The notes under the pieces are model-generated. The model made no database searches. It saw only the letters and a list, made by a program, of their open reading frames with translations, and was not told the origin of the DNA. From Candidatus Heimdallarchaeum endolithica (GTDB taxonomy: Archaea; Asgardarchaeota; Heimdallarchaeia; Heimdallarchaeales; Heimdallarchaeaceae), in contig CP084167.1 in NCBI GenBank assembly GCA_021513715.1, positions 2,688,001 to 2,752,000 on the forward strand: a stretch of DNA of 64,000 nucleotides, in the 5' to 3' direction. Both the position numbers and the translations under genes were made by a program. This document shows positions 40,035 through 49,336 of this stretch, in pieces. Within the stretch, counting starts at the first letter, position 1, and each line of letters opens with the position of its first letter.

Positions 40035-40478
40035 ATGATTCATGCAATTTATATTATTGATCGTTCTGGAATTCCTCTCTTTTTTAGAGAAAAAGAAGAG
40101 AATTCGAGCGATATTACTCGGGCTACCCTATTTTCTGGTGTTATTTCTGCTATTCAAAGTTTGTTAAAAGATATGGAAATCGGAGAAGCTACTGAAGTTT
40201 CTACCAAAGCTTATGACATTCTACTTGAAGTTGCTATGAATTTTGCAGTAATTGTTGTTATTGATCCATGTGTTGAAAGTGATAAAACCTCATTGAGAAC
40301 TGAATTAACAAGATTTACAACAAAAGTTTCTTTTGAAATAAAGGACGTTGTTGACGCTAATCTTGTAAGAAAAGAAGAACAGATGCTAAATCAACTTACA
40401 GATGAGTTTATTAAAAATTGTGAACAAATACTTAACACTTCTGAAGCTACAAAACGTTTAAGAGATTCGCTTTGGTAA
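40035..40478 (+). CDS. Longin/roadblock-like small protein (eukaryotic signature type)
   Basis: MIHAIYIIDRSGIPLF...LFSGVISAIQSLLKDM pattern. Confidence 0.75.
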   Translation: MIHAIYIIDRSGIPLFFREKEENSSDITRATLFSGVISAIQSLLKDMEIGEATEVSTKAYDILLEVAMNFAVIVVIDPCVESDKTSLRTELTRFTTKVSFEIKDVVDANLVRKEEQMLNQLTDEFIKNCEQILNTSEATKRLRDSLW

Positions 40479-40489
40479 AATAAAATAGA

Positions 40490-41218
40490 ATGCTTTCACG
40501 TAATAATGTTCCCATCCTTGCACCTGTAGTAGAGACAATAATTTCTATTCTTATGTTCATATTAGTTTTTAGAATTTGGCAGAGATATATAAAGAGAAAA
40601 AGAGATGCAACAGCCCAATTAGCCATCTGTTTTACTAGCTATGCAACAGGGATGTTACTTACGGCGATAGGAAAATGGTTACAATTTGGATTGAATATTG
40701 ACCCAGAAGTAACCTCTTATGCAGATTTTTTCATTTTGTTAGCTTATACCTTCACTGCTTTTTCAAACATATTCCTTTTTGTTTTTACTAATCAAATATT
40801 TCTTAACAATCAGATAAAATATCTTATCCCAATTACAATATTAAATAGCATTTCAATTGGTTTGTTCATCCCAAGAATTAGTATTCAACAAGGTAGTTAT
40901 GCAAACGCTTTTTTGATTGTTCTCTTTCACGCTTTTAATTCAATAATAGTAATGGTAATACTTGCGTGGCTTTCACTAAAAGAGCGAAAGAAGACAAAAG
41001 AGAAAATATCTAGGACTGGATTCTTACTTATCTCCCTATATGGAACCTTCATTTTACTGCTCTTTCTGTCCTTTGGAATTGATCTGGCTATAGTTTCAGC
41101 AACAGGAAAAGGTTATTCCATTTTTTATTATCTGTCTTGGTTCTTTGCCTTAGCAGGTTTGGTTAGTGGATATCTTGGATATATAATGCCTGATTGGTTT
41201 AGAAGAATAATAAAATAA
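40490..41218 (+). CDS. Multi-pass (~7 TM) membrane protein
   Basis: Seven hydrophobic segments ending YLGYIMPDWF; 11 bp downstream of the longin-like gene. Confidence 0.78.
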   Translation: MLSRNNVPILAPVVETIISILMFILVFRIWQRYIKRKRDATAQLAICFTSYATGMLLTAIGKWLQFGLNIDPEVTSYADFFILLAYTFTAFSNIFLFVFTNQIFLNNQIKYLIPITILNSISIGLFIPRISIQQGSYANAFLIVLFHAFNSIIVMVILAWLSLKERKKTKEKISRTGFLLISLYGTFILLLFLSFGIDLAIVSATGKGYSIFYYLSWFFALAGLVSGYLGYIMPDWFRRIIK

Positions 41219-41277
41219 ATAAAAATAGTTCAAAAAATTAATTTATTTATTTTCATTCTAAAATTCATTCTTAAAAT

Positions 41278-41415
41278 TTATTTATTCTTTTTCATACTGA
41301 CAAGCCCACAAGAAGGACATATATACTTTGTATGTTTATGGAAGCCTCCTTTGCGTTTGACAGCTTTCATTTTTATCATTTTCTTTTCATTTTTCCTACA
41401 TCTAGGGCAAAACAT
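41278..41415 (-). CDS. Small basic zinc-ribbon protein (45 aa, not in ORF track)
   Basis: Hand translation: MFCPRCRKNEKKMIKMKAVKRKGGFHKHTKYICPSCGLVSMKKNK. Confidence 0.7.
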   Translation of the reverse strand: MFCPRCRKNEKKMIKMKAVKRKGGFHKHTKYICPSCGLVSMKKNK

Positions 41416-41519
41416 AACTAAAAGCAAAATTCATCTTTTAAAATTTTTTTCAACAACAAGACAAACTTTCTTTTTACTAAGATGGTTCTGTAAAGTCAAA
41501 TCTTAAAATATCTTCTATC

Positions 41520-41670
41520 TATATGTCAAAACTATATCTCGCTTGTAAATTGATCGATGTTGGGACATGTACTATTGTTATATATAACCAACAAGTAGAT
41601 GATGAATTGCTAGCGCTAGACGATGAAGATGAATTTGTTGTTTATTTAGACTCAGTAGGAAGAATAAAGA
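41520..41670 (+). pseudogene. 3' fragment of a SagB nitroreductase paralog
   Basis: LYLACKLIDVGTCTIVIYNQQVDDELLALDDEDEFVVYLDSVGRI matches the C-terminus of 26726..27508. Confidence 0.85.
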
Positions 41671-41778
41671 GAGATTATGGTTTAAAATCTTTATTTATTT
41701 ATATGAAAATCAACTATGAATTTTAGAGAACAGTTTTTAATTTAAATAAAAGAATTTTTGCTCTCATTATTGGTAAGC

Positions 41779-43188
41779 TTTTTGTAAAAATTTAGTTTTG
41801 TATTTTTACCAATCACTACCAAGAAAGCCTTGTCCTTTCGTGCAGAGAGGATGTGAGATCTATTATATTGCCTTTTTTTTCTTCTTTACCCACGGTCTTT
41901 TTAATGCCCACATTCTGCTACCAACTGTTCCTTTGCCAAGATAATAAATATTTTCAAAATAATCATCTATATGTCTGTGAGACCAATCTTTGGGTTTTTT
42001 TAATTTTGTTTGTTGGCATGCTTCATCCCACAGATCCTTTATTTCAAAGCTCACATTTCTCTCTCCCATATAAAAAATACTTTCTGTAATAAACTCCGTT
42101 CCACAGGAACACTTTGGATTGTCAATTATAAACTGTCGTTGGTAAGATTTTTTACAAAATGGGCATTCTATTATGTCTTGTCCTATAAGTTCTATTTCTT
42201 TTTCTAAAGTTTCTTTAAGTTCTTCTAGTGTTCCTTCAAAATCAAATAGGTAAACATTGGTTCCTATCTCAATTTTCACACCATAAACATTTTTTGCCCA
42301 TCTTGCAAAATCTATTATACACGTTTTTATACCGTATGATTCGCCTTTTTTATTCAATTGGTATTCTAATTGTTTTGCCATTTGCCACTCTTTCTCTTTC
42401 TTGTAGGAGAGTTTTCTCAATTGGTTTAAGAAGTAAATCCTAGCATTGTTCGTAAGTTCAATAAGTTCTTTGATTATTCTATCACTGTTATATTCCTCAC
42501 CATTCTCATCAACATAAGTAGCTATAGATTGATTATCTTGTTTTTTTATTTTTTCTAAAATTAGATCGAGATCGCTTAATTCTTTATTATCTAACAAGTA
42601 GGAATCACTAATTACATCTGCTAGAAACATGAGCTGTTTCTTCTTTTTTTTAGGTAATTCTAGATTCAAAAGCAAATTGTCAATGTTAACTCTTTCTTTT
42701 TCTACTTCACTTATGAATCTTAAAGGGTCATAAATTTTTCCCCATCTTGTCCTGATCGCTTTGTTTTTTGGCCAGGTTTCATAGTAATCTTTAAGTTTTT
42801 CAAAAAACTGGTCCTTTTCGAGTTTTCTGTAATTTTCTGATTTAATTTTGCGAACCAATTGTAATAAAATTTGCTCTATAGCTTTCTGCCTTTGTTTTCT
42901 GCTTTGAGGTAGTTTAAGATTATTCATTAGTTATACTATCGCAATTTAATATATAAACCCTTTAACTTTCTATGCCTAGTCCAATTTCCTTGTATAAAAT
43001 CCTTGCACAAAATTGTGATACAGTTGAAATGAAAATTTTTCTGAAAATGCCTAAGAACGACCAACTGAGCCAAAAATCTTATGTTTCTATAATCTTTTCT
43101 TTTCCTCCAATAAGTAAATTTAAAAGAAAATTTGCATATTTTCACATGATTGCTCATTTTTTGTAAAAATTTAGTTTTATATTTTTAC
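41779..43188. repeat. 31-bp direct repeat pair with internal palindrome
   Basis: TTTTTGTAAAAATTTAGTTTT(G/A)TATTTTTAC at 41779-41809 and 43158-43188. Confidence 0.8.
41863..42927 (-). CDS. Hypothetical protein with zinc ribbon
   Basis: 354 aa ORF containing CPFC...CSCG. Confidence 0.75.
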   Translation of the reverse strand: MNNLKLPQSRKQRQKAIEQILLQLVRKIKSENYRKLEKDQFFEKLKDYYETWPKNKAIRTRWGKIYDPLRFISEVEKERVNIDNLLLNLELPKKKKKQLMFLADVISDSYLLDNKELSDLDLILEKIKKQDNQSIATYVDENGEEYNSDRIIKELIELTNNARIYFLNQLRKLSYKKEKEWQMAKQLEYQLNKKGESYGIKTCIIDFARWAKNVYGVKIEIGTNVYLFDFEGTLEELKETLEKEIELIGQDIIECPFCKKSYQRQFIIDNPKCSCGTEFITESIFYMGERNVSFEIKDLWDEACQQTKLKKPKDWSHRHIDDYFENIYYLGKGTVGSRMWALKRPWVKKKKKAI

Positions 43189-43937
43189 ACGCAGCTCCTT
43201 AGGTATCTCTTAAACCTATCAGAATTGACAGTTTTTAAGTCAAAGTATTCAGGGTCAAAATCTTCTCCATACCAATGCATTAATTCTATATCTCTGCTCT
43301 GGGGATCTTTCAGCATTTGAATAAATTCCATATAAGCACCTGGTCCTCCACAATCTTCTGGAGGGCATGCTCGCTTACCAGCTATACAGTTCGGATAATG
43401 AGTATTGTTTTCACGTGGTAAAATCTTTTCTAGTTTAACTTCATGCTCAAACCAATCGCCAAAATCGTAAATATATATTGCCACATTATTATCAGTGGAA
43501 AACCAATCTGATATCTTTTCTTTTCGCTCATCAAAAACTGGTTCTCTATTCTCCATAATCATTTTGTGCATATGTAAAAAAATATTTTTTTGTTCTTCAG
43601 TTAAATCCTGTTTTTCAGTAATTCGCTTGAATCCTTGTTCAAAACTGAAGCTATCAAATGCTTCTTCATCAGGATCAGTTACTATTCGCGCTTCTTTGCC
43701 AGTTTTTGGGTGAACTATCTGAAACTCGTGAAGATGATAACAATTCCACCCCATAGCAGCTTGAATTGCAGCATGCAGCTCAAAAAAAGTATAACTTTCT
43801 GGAACTTGTATTCGACGCCAGATAGGAGGTTTAATATCTAACAATCTAATCTTAAATTGGTATACTTTTTTAAACGATTTAGAGACCATCGACATAAAAA
43901 AATCATTCACTATTTTAAAGTTTGAGATGAAAAACAA
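43185..43937 (-). CDS. Plasmid pRiA4b ORF-3 family protein
   Basis: YQFKI.L....PPIWRRIQVP, LH.AIQ.AMGW...HLHEF, YIYDFGD.F.H, G.RACPPEDCGG..Y. True start is probably an internal Met. Confidence 0.92.
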   Translation of the reverse strand: MFFISNFKIVNDFFMSMVSKSFKKVYQFKIRLLDIKPPIWRRIQVPESYTFFELHAAIQAAMGWNCYHLHEFQIVHPKTGKEARIVTDPDEEAFDSFSFEQGFKRITEKQDLTEEQKNIFLHMHKMIMENREPVFDERKEKISDWFSTDNNVAIYIYDFGDWFEHEVKLEKILPRENNTHYPNCIAGKRACPPEDCGGPGAYMEFIQMLKDPQSRDIELMHWYGEDFDPEYFDLKTVNSDRFKRYLRSCV

Positions 43938-44081
43938 GGTTTGTTCATTCAGTAACTTAGATTAGACTTTGTGTAATAGAGAAATGTGAGTCTGTTTCAT
44001 AAATTTATCCAAGTTGAGTAAGTAACGGGCTGATGAAAATTAGAAAAATCAGAGCGATGACTAAATTCTTTACTTCCTCAT

Positions 44082-45188
44082 TTATTGATTTACAAAGGAT
44101 TTTCCACAATTAGAACAAAATCTAGCATCTATATCATTTTGAAAACCACAATTAGGACAATATTTGAATAATGGACGGTTAGGTATAGCATTTCTATAAG
44201 TATTTCTTTTAGCATTTAGAGGATTAACCTGGTCAATTTTTTTATCCCTTACCTCTAAAACCATTGATTTAGGATTTCCGGAAGCTGGATTTTTCTTAAA
44301 AGCAATCTTTGTCTCATTATCCGCATAGACAACTTCTTCTGACATAGATGGGTTTAAGTTTCCAGTTCGCAAATTAGTTGGATGAACAAAACTGTTTTGC
44401 ATACCAGCAGTTCCACCAGTAAAACCTATCTTCTTTGCATCATTACTTAAAGCATAAAAACCACCAACAAAGAAAATATAGCCCAAAAGAGCAGAAATAC
44501 TGGCAATTAAAAACCAAATCAAGAATGAGGTATCGAAATAACCAGTTAAAAGACCTTCAGAAATAGCACTTGTCATTTTAATTGTTCCAAAAACGCTAGA
44601 GAAAACAGAAACAATAATAATGTATCGAGAATATAAAAGCCAATTAGTAAACTGGTCATAGAAAAGATTCATTTGTTGCAATTGATCAAAGGTAGAAGAA
44701 AGAACTTTAAAACCTAAAGTAAGAAAAATAAAAGGAAGAAGAATTAATATTAGTAAAATAAAGCTAAAAGACGGTAAAAAGAAAAGCAGAAGAAATAGAA
44801 AAGGAGAAATAAAAGCTATAATCATCTCAGAAAACATACTCACTTTAATGTATTTGCTTACATCTTTAGCAGAATTAGTATGAAAATTGTAGTAAAAAGA
44901 AAGCTCTGTAGAAAGATCATTAAAACCACCTGCAAGCTTGAAAAAAAAGATATAGCGAAAGATAACAAGAACAATAGAAAAAATAGAAACTAAAAAAAGA
45001 GAAACAAGAAAATAATCAAAATTTAAAAATTTAATAAAAAGAGAAAAACCTGTATATAAAAACAAATAAGAAATAAATTCCGATAAGGCAATAATAATAT
45101 AAATTATCCCTAAAGCTTTAGAAGAGCTAGCTATTTTGTTTTTTATTATCGATAGTCTGCTTTGAGCTGTGTTTTGATGCATTTTCAA
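44082..45188 (-). CDS. Multi-pass membrane protein with C-terminal double zinc ribbon
   Basis: Paralog of 24646 and 25524; ends KYCPNCG..ND.DA.FCSNCG. Confidence 0.85.
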   Translation of the reverse strand: MKMHQNTAQSRLSIIKNKIASSSKALGIIYIIIALSEFISYLFLYTGFSLFIKFLNFDYFLVSLFLVSIFSIVLVIFRYIFFFKLAGGFNDLSTELSFYYNFHTNSAKDVSKYIKVSMFSEMIIAFISPFLFLLLFFLPSFSFILLILILLPFIFLTLGFKVLSSTFDQLQQMNLFYDQFTNWLLYSRYIIIVSVFSSVFGTIKMTSAISEGLLTGYFDTSFLIWFLIASISALLGYIFFVGGFYALSNDAKKIGFTGGTAGMQNSFVHPTNLRTGNLNPSMSEEVVYADNETKIAFKKNPASGNPKSMVLEVRDKKIDQVNPLNAKRNTYRNAIPNRPLFKYCPNCGFQNDIDARFCSNCGKSFVNQ

Positions 45189-45451
45189 ACCCTCAAGGAA
45201 ATTTCAAAAAAAAATAAAATTTTTTTTTTAAAGAAAAAACAAGTTTAAATTTAAAATATAAATAGAATTAAAAGAACAAAAAACCAAGAGTTAGAATTAA
45301 AAAAATTGAGCTGTAAAGTATCTGTTTAACATTAAACCTAGAATTAAAAAAGGTAACATAGAATATGATTGTATTTTGAGACCTTATTACAACATTAAGA
45401 TAAAAGTGGTTTAATTTTTTTCATTTTTTACTTTTTTTTCATTTTTTTCAA

Positions 45452-45633
45452 GCATGTCCAAAAATTCTTTTTCACATACTAAACGGTACGAAGGAGTAAA
45501 AGGTAGTTGTAACAGAGAAGAGAACTGTACAAGGTAGAGCGGATGGTGGAAGGTAAGCGATCAAGGATGGGCGGAAGAGAGAGTTTGAGAAGACCAAAGA
45601 CGTGTTCAATACTACTACGATACTCGGGGTGAT
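45452..45633 (-). mobile_element. Truncated end of the IS5-like element
   Basis: Starts with TIR GCATGTCCAAAAATT and is colinear with 33039-33220. Confidence 0.9.
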
Positions 45634-46332
45634 AAGAGTTCGTTCTTTGCTAAAGATCAAATACAAGCAACTTTTGCTGGAATAAGACCTCTCTTTGTCG
45701 ATGAAAAGGAGAAAGAAAAAGAGATAACTGATATATCTCGTGAATACAAAATTGTAGAACTAGAAAAAGGGTTAATCGTTGTTATAGGTGGAAAACTCAC
45801 TACATATAGATTACTCGCTAAAAAAGTAGTAGATAAAATAACAAAGAAACATTTGAAAATTAGAAGAAAATGTTTAACTCATAAAGTAAAGTTACCAGGG
45901 TCAGACGTGGAAAACTATGAAAAAGAAGAAAAAAGAATTCTTAAAGAATTAGAGTCAATGAATATAGAACCAATTTGCGCTTCACACTTAATAAACACGT
46001 ACGGTACAAGAGTAGATAAAATAATAGAAATAGTAAAAGAAAAACCATCTTTAAAGGATAGAATCTCACAAAATAAACCAATCATTAAGGCAGAAATAGA
46101 ATATATGCTTGCTAATGAGTTTGTTGAAACACTAGAAGATATAATGATTAGACGTACATGGTTAAACCTTGAACAAGATCACGGTTTTGATTGTCTTGAT
46201 TATATATCCAATTGATTAAGAAAAGAATACGAGAAAAAGCATTCAAAAGAAAAAGCTACAGAGATGATTAATCAGCAAATTATAAACTATAAGGATTATA
46301 TATCAAAAATGGAGAAAAGAATAAATTATTGA
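45634..46332 (+). pseudogene. glpD: 3' half of FAD-dependent glycerol-3-phosphate dehydrogenase
   Basis: FAGIRPL, DISR.Y, IGGKLTTYR..A, TYGT, LEDIMIRRT. The 5' part is lost at the IS fragment; in-frame TGA at 46213. Confidence 0.85.
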
Positions 46333-46428
46333 AAAGACAAATTTAATATTGAGCAAAGTAAGTGTAAACCAATCTTGTAGTCAGTACGACAGAAATAAAT
46401 TAGTTTTATATAATAAATTGAAATATTT

Positions 46429-46468
46429 CTGATGTTTGCTGATGTTTATTGATGTTTACTGATGTTTT
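46429..46468 (+). repeat. 4 x 10-bp tandem repeat (yTGATGTTTn), putative operator
   Basis: GATGTTT at 46431, 46441, 46451 and 46461, just upstream of a TATA-like CTTTATTA and the 46505 gene. Confidence 0.8.
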
Positions 46469-46504
46469 CAATATCTTTATTAAGTCTTTAACATAATTTA
46501 ACTT

Positions 46505-48274
46505 TTGATGAGAAAAATAGTCTTTACTAAATTTATTTTTTTAGTAATAATTCTCTTTTACTCAGCAATATTCACTTTTTCAGAAAATACAAATGAAAAT
46601 GATTACTTCTTTTCTATAAACTTACTATCTCTTAATTATTCTTGTTGTCCTAATGTATATGCTCACCAAATGGAAGAAGAATTACCCAAAATTGGTATTA
46701 ATATTAGTTATCATGAATCAACTAGTTGGGGTGGTATTACGCCCAGAACGTGGGGTTACCCCGTTGGTGAAGAAGGTAAGTTTGATTATATTCCCACCTA
46801 TGAAGATGGGGGATACGATATTTTCTTTGTAGGTTGGTATTGGGGACTAGATTGGGATCCAACAGATCTGTTTGATTCTGTAAGTATCGTTCCTAATGGA
46901 GATAATGTGTACCAGTATAGTAATCCTAAGTTCGATAGAACACTGGGTGAGTATACAACTGAACTAAATGATGAAGTACGTATTGAAAAAGCAAAAGAAT
47001 TACAAGCTATCCTTTATGAAGACCTGCCAGCTATAACCATGCTTTACTTCGTAGAAATTTATGGGTGCAATAAGAATGTCAATGGAATTGACCCTACTTT
47101 GTTAATTAACAGTGCTCATCGTTCAGAAAATTGGGAAAAAATAAATGGAGAGAACATTAGCTGGGCTATACCCGCAGAGTTAACAGAATACAGCATATTT
47201 ATACAAGAATCTTATTATGATAAACTATGGATGAATTGTGTTTATTATGGACTTTTTGAACGTTCACAAGAAACTCATCTGATGGAACCAGTTATAGCTA
47301 AAAACTACACTGTTAGTGAAGATAAGAAAGTTATTAGAGTTGATATTAATCCTAACGCCTATTTCTCTAATGGTGATAAAGTAACAGCTTACGATGTAGA
47401 TTATACTTATGAACTGTTTATGACAAAATCGCTAGACACACCATATTACAAAAAACTAACAAACCTATTCGAAAATAACGATTCAATTAAGGCAATAGAT
47501 AATGATACAGTGGAATTTAAATTCAAAGAACCTTATGGTTTCGCCTTAAGTGTATTAAGTCATGGTATAATAAACAAAAAAATAGTAAGTCAATATATAG
47601 AAGAAAATGGGTACAAGCTTACAGTCCTAGACCAAGCTCTGGTAACAAGCACAGGACCATATATGCTAAACGTTTCAGAGTTTAATACAAGTAAAAGTAT
47701 AGTAACACTCAGACCAAATCCATATTGGTCTATTACAGAAAATAATCCAGTAAATAAGATAATATTCCAGTACATAAGTGGTAAAGATACAGCAATTAGT
47801 GCTTTAGCAAATGGTACAATAGATATAGTCGATTCAAGTTATTCCGCAAAAGAAACAGATTTTGAAAATATAGAAGCGAATATCCTAAAAGCTAAAAGCA
47901 TAACTACAGAGGAAATGGCTATAAATATGAAACACCCTATAATAGGAACAGGAGAACTTACACCTCTAGGAACAGCAGAAGCAGCAAAAAAAATACGTAA
48001 AGCTATAAGTCACGCAGTACCAAGAGAAACCCTAACAGAAAAAGTATTTTATGGAACAGCTGTCCCAGGAATAACGCCAATGCCTGAAGGATGTGTAGGT
48101 TTTGATTCGTCATTAGAACCCTATTCTTATGACCTAAATCTAGCCATTCAACTAATTGAGGAAACAGGATTTACAAGAAATACTACAACAGACACAACAG
48201 GAAATGCTAGATTACTAGTAATAACATTGATTTCTATTTGTTATGCTGTAATCTTAAAAAGAAAAAAGAAATAA
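46505..48274 (+). CDS. Peptide/nickel ABC substrate-binding protein (family 5), circularly permuted, C-terminal TM anchor
   Basis: FSNGDKVTAYDV, TGPY, IRKAISHAVPR. The normally C-terminal YSNP.FD...LQ.IL.EDLP block is at the N-terminus. Confidence 0.85.
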   Translation: MMRKIVFTKFIFLVIILFYSAIFTFSENTNENDYFFSINLLSLNYSCCPNVYAHQMEEELPKIGINISYHESTSWGGITPRTWGYPVGEEGKFDYIPTYEDGGYDIFFVGWYWGLDWDPTDLFDSVSIVPNGDNVYQYSNPKFDRTLGEYTTELNDEVRIEKAKELQAILYEDLPAITMLYFVEIYGCNKNVNGIDPTLLINSAHRSENWEKINGENISWAIPAELTEYSIFIQESYYDKLWMNCVYYGLFERSQETHLMEPVIAKNYTVSEDKKVIRVDINPNAYFSNGDKVTAYDVDYTYELFMTKSLDTPYYKKLTNLFENNDSIKAIDNDTVEFKFKEPYGFALSVLSHGIINKKIVSQYIEENGYKLTVLDQALVTSTGPYMLNVSEFNTSKSIVTLRPNPYWSITENNPVNKIIFQYISGKDTAISALANGTIDIVDSSYSAKETDFENIEANILKAKSITTEEMAINMKHPIIGTGELTPLGTAEAAKKIRKAISHAVPRETLTEKVFYGTAVPGITPMPEGCVGFDSSLEPYSYDLNLAIQLIEETGFTRNTTTDTTGNARLLVITLISICYAVILKRKKK

Positions 48275-48405
48275 ATTAAATCCTTCTATCAGATAACACA
48301 GCAATGAAACAATATCTCATATATAAAGGGATTTGGGATATTGTTCATATTTTCATATTTCTCTCTTCTATAAATATGGTCTATGATTATTGAATAATAA
48401 ATCTA

Positions 48406-49131
48406 CTAATCATCATTTTGTAATTTTTTTTCATCTTTTTTTCTTACTCTATCTGTGAATTTAGCCAATCTGTTGTACATAAAATTTCCAAAAAATTTCT
48501 CAATTATTGCTGGAGGAAGACCTTCTTTTTTCCTATTCATTATAAGTTGAGAATAGATGTCATCAAAAGAATTAACAAAACCTTTATCTTCAACTACCCA
48601 GTGTTGTAAAACAACAAGATCGCTTTTTCCATTCCAGTCAATAGTAGGAATTTGCTCTTTTGTTATTTTACCTTGTTTTAGCAAAGATTCATACAAAGCT
48701 TTGTCTAAAAGTGATTCACAAGAAATCCACTTGTTGTCCAAAAAGCATTCACACCAAAAATGGCTAGCTTGATTAGAGATTTTATTGTAAACAAAATTAG
48801 GAACAAGTGGTTTTAGTGATTCCTTTAGAGCTGATGATACTCTGAGTCTAGAAGGAATACCAACAGCTCGAAGAAAAGCCATATGAAGAGAAGTCTTATT
48901 TGCACATTCACCATAACCTTTTTTCAAAGTCCTAGAAGCTCGAGCATCAACATTTGAAATGCCAAACTTAATGTTATCTCTAATCCAATAAAAAATCTTT
49001 AGAGCTTTATCAAGCTGAGTGGTTGCTCCCTCTACAATTTCCATAACTTTATCTCTGATAATTGAATTATTAAAATCACAACTTCTTGTGGGTTGGAGAA
49101 AAAGCTCTAGGCTATTGTTGATGTTATACAT
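48406..49131 (-). CDS. Transglutaminase-like cysteine protease domain protein
   Basis: TL..GYGEC..K......LRA.GIPSR, HFWCE...W...E. Confidence 0.88.
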   Translation of the reverse strand: MYNINNSLELFLQPTRSCDFNNSIIRDKVMEIVEGATTQLDKALKIFYWIRDNIKFGISNVDARASRTLKKGYGECANKTSLHMAFLRAVGIPSRLRVSSALKESLKPLVPNFVYNKISNQASHFWCECFLDNKWISCESLLDKALYESLLKQGKITKEQIPTIDWNGKSDLVVLQHWVVEDKGFVNSFDDIYSQLIMNRKKEGLPPAIIEKFFGNFMYNRLAKFTDRVRKKDEKKLQNDD

Positions 49132-49336
49132 ATCTAGTCATCTTTTATGTAAAAAAGTAACATCAATGTTCTTATATCTTTTGAAAAAAACTTGAATTTA
49201 CTAATTCAAAAGAAGAGAAATGCTTTTTATAAGTAATCTGAAAGGTGCTGTTAGATATTTTTCTTAACTAAAATTGTAATGTTAATATGTTGACTAAAAA
49301 TATAATTGATTTATTCATTTTAAGAGATTTTAATAC

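Noticed and set aside
46429-46468. CRISPR array
   Set aside because: 10-bp tandem units without spacers. No repeat-spacer array was seen anywhere in the window, and the Cas4-like gene has no cas neighbours.
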